A DNA stretch of 63,705 nt, the filler included, from Choristocarpus tenellus KU-1152 (lineage: Eukaryota > Protista > Phaeophyceae): assembly GCA_964200185.2 (NCBI GenBank). It is 9 parts of 9 records of this genome, joined end to end, with 100 filler letters (N's around TTAATTAATTAA, not from the genome) between each part and the next. Parts side by side here need not be neighbours in the genome. Positions count along the whole stretch, not along the records: positions 11,764 to 15,270 come from CAXNAD020019560.1; positions 15,371 to 25,339 come from CAXNAD020003233.1; 7 more parts are not named here. One strand, 5' to 3'. A program made the translations under genes and the position numbers. Shown here in pieces: positions 12,905-25,339 of this stretch. Below the pieces are notes generated by a model that searched no databases, was not told the DNA's origin, and saw only the letters and a program-made list of their open reading frames with translations. Positions within the stretch are counted from its first letter, which is position 1. Each line of letters starts with the position of its first letter.

Positions 12905-13287
12905 AACCGCATGATGGCGCCATACCTGGGGGCGAGAGGGCACGAGACTTGGATTAATCTGGGGACAGCAGCAGCCATATCGGAGGACTTCAGAGTTTCC
13001 CGAATCACCGTTTTCCGTCATCTGAAGGAGTATGGCAGTCAGATCGCACAGAGTGAATGAATGGACCTTGTATGACGTCACAAGGGGCAATGTGGCCGTC
13101 ATTCAAGTTCCTCAATGTTTGGAATGTCCCATTGGTACACTGTACATCCTTCCGCAAATATGTGCCCAAGGCTGGGGTCTCCCTTGCATTGTTATGGGAT
13201 CTGTCCAAGTATGAGAAGGTAAAGAAGATCAAGCAGCGGATTATGCCAATCCTCTCAGACCAGCAGAAAGTCAACAGAGTGGGTTTT
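12905..13287 (+). mobile_element. Tc1/mariner transposase N-terminal remnant (plant/oomycete DD39D-like), decayed and interrupted
   Basis: HTH-like AAAISEDFRVSRITVFRHLKEY, then VPLVHCTSFRKYVPKAGVSLALLWDLSKYEKVKKIKQRIMPILSDQQKVNRVGF, resembling the conserved VPLxxRT...IKPxLTxxNKxxRLxF segment; stops exactly at the TIR at 13288. Confidence 0.6.
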
Positions 13288-15230
13288 GGGTCAAAGTATC
13301 TGGGGGAGGGGTGCTGGCGTCCGTTTTTGACCCTTTTTTCGATTTTCACTTTTTGGTGTGATTTGGTTGCACGTTTCGGATTTGCAATGTGGAGAAAACA
13401 AGAGGGCTGTTGGTTAGGCTCCTTTCTATCCTTGTGTACGCACGAGGAATGGGAATATTTGCCATATTTATTTGGGCTTGGTTAGGAGTTTCGACGTTTG
13501 CATGTGTCGGATTTCGAATGTGTTCAAACAGGCTTATTGGTTGGTGTATGATGGTCTCATAGTTAGGATGATGAAGAATGAGAGATATGCCACTGACTGT
13601 TTCAGGGTTAGTTATTGGTTTGTTTGGTTGCATGAATGGAATTTGGTTAGTACATAAAGAGGGCTGTCGGTTAGGGTGTGTTGTCCCAGTGTTAGCACGA
13701 GGAATTGCAAAAAATACCATGGACTGTTTCGAGGTTAGTTTTTCCGTTTATTTGCTTGCATGAGTTGTGTCTGGTATGTACACCAAGAGGACTGTCAGTT
13801 AGGGCCTATTGTTCCGGTGTGTGCACGAGGAATTAAAAAATATGCCATGGACTGTTTTCAATTTAGTATTTCAATTATTTGCTTGCATGTGTCGGATTTA
13901 GTATGTACACAAACGGTGTTATCGGTCAGGGTCAGGGTTAGAGTTGTTGGCATGAAGGAAGGGAAAACGGTTAGGTTTTTCTTTCGGGTTAGTGTAGTGT
14001 TTCTTTGATATTATGTATCGACGGATTCTGGATGTGTTCACAAAGGGTTATTGGTTAAGGTCTGTTGTCGTACGTTTCGCTGGAAGTAACTTAAAATATA
14101 CTTCCCTTGATTCTGGGTTAGGGTTAGTGGGTTGATTAAATCCTGATGAGCTAGGGTTGGTTTGGCGTAAGTAGGGTCGATGACGGCACTGGTACGTAAT
14201 TCAGGTAAGACGCTGGTCGTTTTTAGGTTGCCATGGGATGTAGATGGGCTCAGTGTAAGTGTCAGGGTAAGGTCATGGTTAGTGTTGGTGTGCGGGGGTG
14301 GTGATCCAGGCCATTCGTCGAGTTCATGGCACGTGTCTGGGGTAGGCTCAGGGTTGCTGTTGTGCTTAGGAGCATCGGACGTGGACTTCGGGTTATTTTC
14401 CTCCAATATTTGAAGGAGTACGAGATCGGCCCTCGTTTGTTGACTCTTGGACAAAGCATGAGATAGTGCATAGAGTATTAAGAAACAGGGGGGAACTAGG
14501 CAGTAGGGTTGAGGGAATAATTAGCGACTGGTAAGAAGACAACGTATCCATCACAGGCCTTGGCGAGTTGATTGGAAACTTAGTGGGAAAAGATGGAGAA
14601 GAGTTGTTTATATAATGTTTTATATTTTAGTAGTCTGAACCTTGGATTGGACACGCTCTGTTAAACAAAAAAGAACACAGGTCTAATCCTCAAGATGAGT
14701 ATCATATATGATACACTGACAACTCTGACTGGTAGCAATGTATCCGATACCACTGTCTAAATGCACAACCCATCGAATGGAAAGTAGTGCATGAACACAG
14801 TAGTCGGACCCCAAGGCAAGGTACACTGATGCATGAATCAGATACAACTCAACCCATACTTCAACAAAAAACTGAAACAACTGAAGCCCTATTTCAATTG
14901 ATGGGGGGAGTCGAAATGGCATTCCTCACCCTTCTCCCACCACTCTACAAGCTTTAGGTATGCCTCGGCTAGAAGGTGCCAGAGATTTAGGCGCGTGGAG
15001 TACCTGTCGTTCCACGGTTCGGGCTTCACGAGGCCCATGAAGATGACCTTCCTTTGACGGAGTGCTTCCACATGATCGCGACGCAGCATGCTGCTGGGCT
15101 TCTCTCCACGACTGCTGAGTTTTAGCTGTGTGGGCTCATGGACGTAGCTGTCATCCCTGAATACAAGATTTTTGGCCGCTCTTCCAGTCTTGACAAGCCT
15201 GAACCCTGTTGAAACCTGAATCGAATGCAT
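13288..15230 (-). mobile_element. 3' part of a long TIR element ending in the family-A TIR, with a decayed ORF (about 14683-15230)
   Basis: TIR GGGTCAAAGTATCTGGGGGAGGGG at 13288; subterminal ~125-bp repeats 13400-13930; inverted homology to 29950-31600 at DNA level; peptide GFRLVKTGRAAKNLVFRDDSYVHEPTQLKLS...EPWNDRYSTRLNLWHLLA aligns to GFQISKAGKGADSLVFGDGCYVHEPTPVKLS...EPWNASYSTLLNLWHLLA. Confidence 0.75.
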
Positions 15231-15370
15231 TGTATATGATACATAGACTACGAAGGAAGAGGAATCACGGNNNNNNNNNNNNNNNNNNNNNNNNNNNNNN
15301 NNNNNNNNNNNNNNTTAATTAATTAANNNNNNNNNNNNNNNNNNNNNNNNNNNNNNNNNNNNNNNNNNNN

Positions 15371-17931
15371 CTCAAGCCAACTCTACCTTACGGTCAGGTC
15401 CCCGTCATGGAGGTGAGAACCTCCGCAGGACAGATCCCCACCACGTACGGTAGAACATCCAATGTTGCATTGCAAGGTTCTGACATTTGAACCCCAACTC
15501 TTTGAATCTTTCTTCCTCACATTTTTGGATGAGGTTCCAGTGCTTTCCCTTTAGCAACTGCTTCTACTAAGCGAAATACTACGGTGGTCTAGTCCGGTCA
15601 TATTCCTGGATAAGCTCTCGCAGCTTTTGTCACTAGTCCCCGATGCATGTTGGATCAGAGTTGCACATGGGAGATAGATTCGAGATGGTTGTTGTCCAAT
15701 TCAATAAAACCCCTTCCCAGTCACCTACACTTCATTTCACCAATAGTACAGAGAATGTAGTGTGATCTCACGAGCAGGACAGTCGCCAGCTGGTAAACTC
15801 GCAACAATCAAGACTTTCTAACCTTTGGTACAAGACCATGTATTTTTTGGGCGCTAGTTGAAGTTGTGACACCACCGCTGAGATAGGTGAAGCCTGACCG
15901 CTTATTTCTTTTGGTTAATACTTGTGACCCTAACTATGTTTCAAACATCTTCCTCTTGAAAGGTCAATCTACCCCCCTCGATTCGATCTTGTAGGCTGTG
16001 TTATCGAGTACCATGTTTCAACCTCCAAATTAAGTCTATTTTCTTAGGAGCATAGCCGACTCGTCCTACGATGTGTATGTACTCGACACCTGCGCCACTG
16101 CCTTGATGCTATTGCTACGGTTAGGTTGATGGCGTGACTTATGCTCAGTCATCTGCCTTGCTCCGATATGCAGGCAAGCTATCCGGCCTCTACCCTGAGG
16201 ATCCCCTGAAAGCGATGAAGGTGTGTGAATTGTTCTGATGTGTAGGGAATGGGGGACGAGTGCCTCATGTTCTTTTGCATTTCAGTGTTGGCTATGGTAG
16301 GGTTTGCCAAATTGCTGCAACCCGAGACTCTCCTTATGTGTAATGATCAGGTCACAAACTTACTACATACCAAAGATAATCGTTATTTCTACTAGTATCT
16401 TTTTTCTAGTCATATTAACATATGCTAATGTTGTTCATGCTGTCTTCAAGGTTGATGAACTTCTCGCTGCCATGGAGGACATTACTGGGTTGATAACTCC
16501 TTCTTTCAAGGAGAAGGATGATGAGAAGAAGGCAAGAGTCAGTGCAAAAAAAAGAAAATCCCTCTTGAGAATGTGGGAAATATATTTCCTCATGTAAAAC
16601 AAACTCATGATGTTTCTGTATGCCCTCATTTCTCTTCAATAATAATTTCTTAGGGCATGGGATGTACTGATGTTGACATTTGAGTTGTATTCGTCCATAA
16701 TGGAAGCAAACCCATTTCTTGTCTTATGTTGAATTTAGAAGCAATAAGTAACAGGTTTATGATGTCTATCCTGAAAATGTGTATGTAAATATCGAAATAG
16801 GAGACGTGTGCTTTCTGGAAGCATAGTCCAAGGCATGTGTTCCTTTCCCCCCAGAAAGACTACAATGATGTTGCATGTGGCAGCGGAAGGAGCGGGAGAG
16901 GTGGAGAAAGGGTTTGGTAGATTGAAACATAATGTTCCCATAGCCTGCTTACACTTTCCTTTGAAAGTACTAGTCCAACTATAAAGTGATATCAAACCTT
17001 CAAAAATCCTCTTTTTACAGAAGGAAATGAGGGAGGCTTTGGTTGCTGGCCCTCTTTCAGCTGCTATGAGCAACATCTGCAAGCAGCTAGAGGCCAATCC
17101 TGGCTCGTGGTTTGTGGGTGACAGCTTGACCATTGCTGATCTTCAGGTATGCTCTTGAGCTGTCAAGGAGCTGATGCATGACTTGTAATTTTACAACTTG
17201 ACCCTTTTTTAGTCCTTCCAGGAGTGTTCTCAACTGGTTGAAAAGTGATTATGCATGGTGCCTTTTATTATCCCATTTTTGCACATAAGACAAACTTTTA
17301 TGAATACCCTCCCTCACTGCAATACGAATCTGGTGGTTGGTGCAGGGTCTTGGTCTGCCAATGATGATCCTCAATGGAAAACTCGATCATATCCCTGCTT
17401 CTTTCCTTGATGACTTCCCAGCCATCAAGGCAAACTATGATGCTGTGATGGCCGAACCTAAGGTCAGTACCGTCTAACTTGTGGATGGCAAACATGTATC
17501 AGGAATAGCAGTACACACAGGTTGAAGTTAATGTGTGTGTAAAGAATGAGTTGAGTACTGAGTAGTTCATGTTGCCAATTGGAGGTTATCCATACCCTAG
17601 CTTTTTTGTTTTATTTGGGAGTCCTACTCATGGGTATTTGTAATTCCTAAGTTGATTGGTTAGACACTGCTGCTACGTAGGATAGGGTGGATGCTGCTTT
17701 GCTATTACTGTGCTAGAACGAATGAAAATTGGATGTTAGATTGTTCTCCATTCTCATGCGAATTCTGCGTTTCCTATACTGTTCAAACCTGTCTTAATGC
17801 TCATAATTGAAATGCTCCATTGACTTCCTGCTGATAAGAAGTTTCTCCTTTGTCCTTTATATGCTCTGCTATCTTGTTTTCGCACTCTTTTTTCACTGCA
17901 GATTGCGGAATACTTTGCCGCCAAGGCATAA
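15371..17931 (+). CDS. Glutathione S-transferase (sigma-like), 5'-partial; exons 15371-15412, 16125-16220, 16451-16531 (or 16537), 17021-17146, 17346-17462, 17902-17931
   Basis: Spliced product LKPTLPYGQVPVME/VDGVTYAQSSALLRYAGKLSGLYPEDPLKAMK/VDELLAAMEDITGL.../...WFVGDSLTIADLQ/...GKLDHIPASFLDDFPAIKANYDAVMAEPK/IAEYFAAKA*; PxGQVP, QS and SLTIAD GST motifs; all introns phase 0. Confidence 0.93.
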
Positions 17932-18367
17932 GATAACACAACATGTAGATCTCACCTGAGAGGAGAGTTGGTCCTTTGATAGGAGGCGTTCTCCAATCTT
18001 ACATCGCACCTACTCTAGCACAAGTGGTGTTTGCTACTACAAATCTTGTGCACATTTTTTTTGCATTTTCGTCTCAAGTGCAGGAGGAAGACATCACATT
18101 TTCTTTGCTTTACTTCTGTTGAATTTGGTTCAATGAAGGTTTAGTGGAGCTCAAAATGGTGAATGAGTAATGGTATATGATGGATTTGCGCTTCTGTCTA
18201 TGATGCACTCATGTTTATATTGCCCACCTGTTATTTTTTTGTCTGAGAATGCATTTGAGAAGATACTGATGTACAACAGTAAGCTTTGTAGTAAAGAGGA
18301 CATTGTTTAAATTCTGTTGGTGTGACGACTGCAGGGAAATTTGATTTTTTTTCCTTCTCTTTTGCAG

Positions 18368-21300
18368 GTCTTGTACAGGAATGTCATGTACCATCTTCAT
18401 GGGCATTCTTTCTGTCTTCTTGCAATGTATTTCATCGCACCCTGATTTAGATATGTGTTCTGTATTAAGGAAATATTGTGCTGTGAATGAAACTGAACAT
18501 GAGGACCAAAGCAAAGTCACAACTTCGTTGCCAGAGTGGAGTGATCGGTTAAGCATTTTACAAAATCATTCTACAGCCAAAGTCAGGGTTATAGATGCTA
18601 TTGCCCCTTCCATTATGTTTGCTCATCACAATTTGAGGAGACGAATAGGGTGTAGACTGTGAACTGAATAGATTGTAGGAGAGGTGTTCAACTGGTTAAA
18701 AGATATGTTCATGCCCAAGGAAACATTAATTTGAGGAATAACAAGTCAAAGTGTGAGGGGAGAATGTAGACATCCTTACACCACTGGAAGGTGGAGCAAT
18801 AGTCTGGGAGAAGGAAAGTGACATTTGAACAACCAAACTATCTGTATCTGTATACAAGCTTCCATGAATACCTCTGGCTTGCAAAATCAGGTCTGCGATT
18901 CTGCAGGCTCTCACCATCTTTACAACAAATTAATGAGAGACAAAGGTTCTACCTGATTTGGTGTGATCCGCTGTACTAAACCATTTTAAATGCACCTTAT
19001 CATAAAAATGCCTCTTTTGACCCCAGGGCTGGACTCCTTGCTTTGATGTCAACACAATACATCAGATGAGGAGTCACAGATATTTGAGAATTGTATCAAG
19101 CACCTCCCCTTGTAGGTGTAGTTTAACCGGCATGTTAAACGTCAATTTAGTAAGGACATCTTGGCCTAACTGCGATTTGCTTGTTCTTATGCTGTCTGGC
19201 AGGGTCATGGTCTATGGTGCCCCCTTTGCAGACCCCACACGAAGAGTTTCATGTACGTTTAGCTAGATAATTTACTTCTGCGCAGGAAGGCATATAGATC
19301 CCCCACGGCATAGCCCACCCCTTCTCTACCTTCTACCCAAGCACAGCCCAAACCTGCCCCAATCTTGGTTGTGGTGGTGGAGTCACATTGGCTGACAACT
19401 GGTAGAGGTCCTCCTTCTCTTTCCCCCCCAAGCACAGATCACAACGTCCAGGTGAACCTTTCCTCCTGGTGCTGCTGGACCACCCCGATGACTCATTGGC
19501 CAATCTTCTCCTTTATTCTCTTCTCCCCCATTAGGCGTAGCCCTCCCATTTTACCCAGTCAGGTGTACCCGCCTGCTGTTCCTTTTGTCCTGGAGCTGCT
19601 AGGGCACACGAGGGCTCGTAGCTGGTGGAGCTTTCCCATCTCTTTTCCCTACAGCACAGTTCCCCCAACACAGCTACGAGAGTGTGAGGTCTGTAGTACT
19701 CCATCGTGGTCATGCAAGGTTGGCAGTTGTAGCCCCTTATGATTGTTGCAAAGACACAGGAGGACTAGTTCGATACAGGCTTATTGCTCGTCATAGTTTG
19801 TCACAAGGTTGCCTAAATGCGTGTGATTCTCTTGGCAAGTGGAATGATGTATACAGAGCGTGCCGATTTGGTTGGAACATGAGGTGCAGGGTACATTGGA
19901 GAAGCAACTTGAACCACATGATCTATTACGGAACAAATACAAACACAGCAACACAAACGGAGCATTGACCACACTTCCACCACGGCCCCCCTGGTTACCT
20001 TGATTGGAGGGGATCCTGCAGCTCACAACACCACCAATATTTTCCTTGTGTTGGGAGGTCCGATGAATGGAATTCCTTACCACGATGGCCACACAGATCC
20101 TCAACAACACCCTCATGTTGTTCATTTCTAGTGGCAGAAAGTTGATTGAAAAAGTAGTTTGACACCATTGCTTACATTTAACTTCACCCTGCATCTTGAG
20201 GGGGGTCTCATTGCACTGGTAACAATGAGTGTGAACAAGAGAACGAACAATGCAGGATAGGCTTCAAACATCAGTCACTGAGGATATCTGTTCAATTTAG
20301 GCAAGTTATTCTCGAGGGGTACAAGTCTGCCCAATGTATGGCACCAGGTTCAATCAAAGCAAGTAGAATAATCTTCCCCTAAAATAAGTGATGCCCTTAC
20401 ATGGTAGGGAAAGAAAATATGGTGCTGAGGTTCGCATCAGAGCCAAAGGAAATGAGAGGTACCCAGACTTGCATTGTGAAGAAACGGACAAATATTTGCT
20501 AAATTTGGCTTATTCTACAGATGAGTATAGGAACTTTTCTGAACCCTGTCGAAAATGTAAAGAAAAGAGAAGTAGTGCTCTCAGTTCAAACTTACCACTT
20601 CATCCACGTAAATAACCGTAATCGCAAAAGATTGAAAAAAATGGGTCTAAAATGCAAAACGGGCAAAACCTGGGTACCTCTCGTATACTTTGCCGTTCAT
20701 ACCTCCAGTAGTCTGGATTCCGGCTTGTGATGCCCTTTTACAAGGGGAAAGGGGTAATGGTTGCTCTATCCCATTCCCCTAACCAGCCCCTGGGTGCAGT
20801 GGGTTGTCCCTATGAACAGGGGGGTCAAGGGGTGGGTCCTATCCAGACAGGGGGGATGCGGAGTTGTTCTATGTAGAAGGGCTGGGATGTTCAAGGTGTC
20901 AGGGGTTGCCCTGCCCCTATAGACAAGGTTCAAGGGTTTCAGAGGTGGAAACAAATAAATGGTTCGGTGGTGTTGAAGGGGTTCGGACTTGCGGCGTCAC
21001 AAAACATCGATCGTCAGCTTTGAATTTTGAATTGGCAAAAATCGTCAAAATTGGTATTGGCGGCGCGAATATGGGGTAGACGTTCTCTACCATTGCCTGA
21101 AAGCTGTCCTTAACCACATGGTTCTTCATGGCCCCAGCACCCCCAAGCGTTTTTATGGGCTTGATCAAAGCCAGTTGACCCAATGAGAAATGCTTGTACA
21201 CTCCATCTTGCAAGGGGGAAGGAAAATATCTCAAACAACAGTCTATCTTTTGGCTGGTACCCTAGATGCCACAAATACTCAACAAAATCGTCTACCTTGA

Positions 21301-22873
21301 TCACCTTTCTTTATGTAGAGAGGTCCAAAAAACGCCCATAATGTCTTGAACGGACCTGAAAGCTTCAACTATTCATGGCAATAGGTTTCAAAGCTTCGTT
21401 CCGAGTATATCGAATGTATCTTACATCTACCGGAAATCGACCCAAAATAGTTCGAATAGAGGTTGGGCCTCGACTGTTCTCTAGGGGTACATGCTTCCTG
21501 TCCAAGCTCTTTAAGGTCATGTACAGTGTACATCATGTCCGCCGTAGAGCATCGGCGCTGGAAGTCACACTGTTCCTCAAGAAGTATGTTCTCCCGTTCC
21601 AGGATGTCCCAGCCGTGGTGCAAGAACCTTGAGAAGTACTTTGCTAGCATGTACCACTAATGGGATACCCCTACAGTTACCATAATCAGTCTGATACTTC
21701 TTGTTGTGGAGAACTGTTGTGATCACCGCATCCTTCCGGATCTAGGGCACAGCTTACTGGTCCCACACAGCAACACAATATTGTGGAAACCTTGTACTTT
21801 TTCAGTGCTCAGGCTGGAATATAAACATAATATATTTGGGGTCGCTCGGCTGGACTCCCGCAATACTTGGTTGATTCCAATGTTTTGGTAATGTATAGAA
21901 CGCCACATGTGAGCGATGTTGGAATTGAACAAGAAGAAGAATTGGGACCGTCCTTTCTTGTTTCACAGCAGTCCTTTAGGTAAAGTGTTCTGCCCTTCTC
22001 CTGCTGCATGGTTTTGGACCAAGAAGTAACTGTAGCCTGAGATGTGTGTAGCTAGGTGGACGTGACCCGCTAAGTCAGTAGTTCCGTGTAGATAGAGACC
22101 GCATCCTAATTGTAGAGATGATACTCGTACTTCAGAGGTGTACATAATAGGAGTATCATATATTTTGTGTTCATTAGCGTGAGAGCTAGTGTGCAAAATA
22201 CGTTATGATTTACAACAATACGTAACCGAAAGCATTTTGGATTATGGTACATATCTTAGCAGGATATTAATAGAGAATGGATTCTGGGTTTTGAAGTCCA
22301 CATGTTCGAGACGTTTTTTCTATATTTTGATGGATTTTTCTTGAAACGCTGTAAGTGCTTCTTTTTTGTGATTCCCTCTAGAAGCAACAGGTACTATTCT
22401 AAGCTCCACCATCTATAATGATATCACTCTTCTCTTTTCAAGCATCTCATCACGTTCAGCGAATGTTAATGGTACGAGGCTCCCATCTCTTTCTTTTTTC
22501 TTCTTCCATACTGAGACAAACAGAACCTGCGCACCAAGAACACATCATGCACTTGTGGGGCATGATGATCGTTTCATATGGCAACCTGATTGGGGAGGTT
22601 TGGTGGACGAGATAATGCGAGAGTCTGGGTGGCCACTTGCGGGGCTTGACACGCTCAGGTACATTGTAGAGGTCCTATACTCCCTTGGCCATTTGAGTCC
22701 TAGTAATCTTCCAACTCTTTTTCCTGATGAAGACGCCATTTTTTTATGGTATTAGGTTGTGAATATGGTGATGATCTTGATTTGAACTGGTGCCTACTTT
22801 TGTCAACTTAGGAATATGTTGTAAGTTATGCAGGGTTGGCATTAATTTTGCCTGCAACAGAGCGCATACCTAA
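18368..22873 (+). CDS. Tentative hypothetical multi-exon gene; exons 18368-18547, 19779-19883, 21899-21979, (22382-22390), 22524-22658, 22861-22873
   Basis: AG/GT-bounded stop-free segments, all phase 2, that join in frame (...WSDR/LIARHSLSQGCLNACDSLGKWNDVYRACRFGWNMR/TPHV.../...FIWQPDWGGLVDEIMRESGWPLAGLDTLR). No homology recognised; start unresolved. Confidence 0.35.
20440..20698 (-). mobile_element. MITE family D, inverted copy
   Basis: TIRs GAGCCAAAGGAAATGAGAGGTACCCAG ... CTGGGTACCTCTCGTATACTTTG; interior is the reverse complement of 38024-38278 and 11832-12072. Confidence 0.75.
21480..21830 (-). mobile_element. RTE-like LINE reverse transcriptase remnant
   Basis: KDAVITTVLHNKKYQTDYGNCRGIPLVVHASKVLLKVLAPRL, a frameshift, then ERENILLEEQCDFQRRCSTADMMYTVHDLKELG; matches the NYRGISL...LPEEQCGFR..RST.DM motifs of LINE RTs. 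Confidence 0.85.
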
Positions 22874-23017
22874 ACTTGGTGAGGTAGGAGAACAGACAGT
22901 AAATCGAGCAGCCTCGGTTGTAGGTCATAGTTGCCATCCCTACCTATTTGTTCCTTCCACCTAAGTTTTCTGTTTGCAGTCTGTTATCCTAAGAAAAAGA
23001 GCGAATGCCTTCCATAT

Positions 23018-23326
23018 GACCCAAAGTATATGGGGGGGGGGGGGGGGGGGGATTGGGAAATGGTGTGCCACTGGGCCAACAAGGTGGAAAGAGACANNNN
23101 NNNNNNTTTATATAAAAAAGGGTCACCCTCCCTTTCAGAAAGCGTAATGGTGGGGGGGGGGGGGGGGGGGGAGAGATCTGGATCAGGGTGTCCACTTGGA
23201 CCATAACCTGGAAACATGCACTTACATTATACATCCAATGTAAGCAAACAAATGACCCAAGAATCGCAAGATGAAAAAATTGGTCCCAATTGGACAGCCG
23301 CTATCCCGTCCCAGATACTCTGAGTC
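23018..23326 (-). mobile_element. MITE family A, inverted, with internal 10-N gap and extra sequence; flanks ATAT/ATAT
   Basis: GACCCAAAGTATATGGGGG ... CCCAGATACTCTGAGTC; 23170-23326 is the reverse complement of the family-A interior. Confidence 0.7.
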
Positions 23327-25203
23327 ATATACTACAAGTAGCATCACCAACAAATACTATACCAACATTGCGACCGGCTACAGAACCAGGTGTTTACGAC
23401 TTTTTCCCCATAGAGTATCAATTATTTCAATACTATAAAGTACTCCAGTTTGTCCTTGTCGTCATTGTGGTGCTCATCCTTCTTGTTGCTGCATTATATG
23501 TTGTAGATGTAAATAATGAGAACCATGTGGCTTTTGTTCTTGTTTTCATTGTCTTCACTCATTTATGCTCATTGCTAATGATACTAGTGCCATTGCAAGC
23601 AGTAGGTTGTGAGATTCTAGATCATGTGTGGGAAGAGTAACATATTGCCACCAAATAGCATCGAGACTTCGTAGTTGCAATTCTGGCAGACGACCGCGTT
23701 CTCCTTCCCTCCAAGACCCCTCTAAAATGATCCACGAAGGGATACACACATGTACGACATCATGCCAGCTTGACCGTTGTGAGACCGGGCTCCTTGAAAC
23801 AAGAAAATTCGAATAGAAACAGGAAGCGCCGACTTTGTTCCAACTCAAAGAATATTACTCTCTACAGAGTTCAACTACAGCACTTCCACTGCGATTTTCA
23901 AAAATTCACTCCGGATTTCAAATGCTCTCGTTATGCATTCATTGTGCCTGCGTTTTCTAGGATTGTGTGATTGTAAAGTCTATGGTTGCTTTCCCGTTTG
24001 CATCACTTGATAGTGGTACGTTGATTGGGAATGCTGCCGTTTGCTGTTGCTACAATATTGCCTTCTGCAACCAGTGAGACCTAGGTACATACACGACTGC
24101 AGTGCATGGACTCAGGGACTCATTACTTCAAGTCATGATCAGGGTAGATTTGGTCACAAAAGGAAGTACTATGCTGAACAGTTGACAGCAAGAACAGAGG
24201 AGAGCCATTTGCGCGAATTCTTGGAAATGATGAACATTTTCTTGATGAAAAGCTGGATTGACCTTTCAGGGAAGGACCTCCTCTACCTAACACACATAAT
24301 CAGAAGCAACTTGCTCATTGATACCAATCTGTCATATACAATAGTATACAGGGAATAAAAGTTATGTGTATGTAACACGAAAAGCATGAAACTCTTCAAT
24401 TCAAAAGAGTTCTACAGATCCAATCATACGGGCATGACAGAAACTTACACATCCTACAATACATATGCTGGAGGTTGTATCGTCTTCAAGAAGTCCCACT
24501 CCCAAGAGTTCTATCCCATTCCCATCACCTTTTCCCACTGTCATGTTAGTTTTTACTACCAAGTAGCCACAAAGATACTAACGTCATCACCACAAGCACA
24601 CCAAAGACTCTTGTGTAGAACGCAGGTGGCAATGTCACCCCAAGGCCGAATGCCACAACTGGCCAAAGTGAATGCAATGCAAAGAGACTTGAGCCAATGC
24701 AGCTTACCCATACCCATGGACTTTCAAAATCTCTCTCCATGAATCCTCTTGTGTTGTAAACTGAAGAAACCAGAGTGCTGATGAAAGTCGCATATAGCGG
24801 CCAAACAGGGCATTTTGCGGTCCAGGCATTGGAGGGGTCTTTCCTAGTAATGGTGCCCCACAATGCATGCCATACAGCATAGAGTTGGACAAACGATGTG
24901 GCGAACCATAGTTGCTCGTCTCTCATCACCTGCAGCCGATTTATGAGAGATACATCCAAACTGTTGAAGGGTAGGTATTCTACTTTGCGTAGTGTGGTTC
25001 TGCTGTTGCTATGCCCGCCAATAGTCATTTATCTTCCATCAATAGCAGCAGTTCAACTTTTACCTTAGTAGCTACTGAATCATGCAAAGCTTGAGAGATT
25101 AACTTGATGGGTGATATGCGGCATGAATAGTACACAGAGCAACCTATGCATACCAGGTGAATCAATACTCCATGTGTGTGGTGTTTTCCGTACTCACACG
25201 TAT

Positions 25204-25339
25204 GGATCAAAGTATCTGGGGAGAGGTGTCGGCGTCTGTTTTTCATCCTTTTCTCGGTTTTCACTTTTTGGGTGTGATTTGGTCGCACGTGTCGGATTTG
25301 AAATGTCAGCAAAAAAAGAGTTGGTTGACCGAAACGCAC
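25204..25339. mobile_element. Terminus of the long family-A-TIR element (truncated by linker)
   Basis: Closely matches 13288-13415 (GGCGTCxGTTTTTcA...TTTTCACTTTTTGG.TGTGATTTGGT.GCACGT..CGGATTTG). Confidence 0.75.

Noticed and set aside
24546-25028. 160-aa minus-strand ORF
   Set aside because: No recognisable motif, splice support or second copy.
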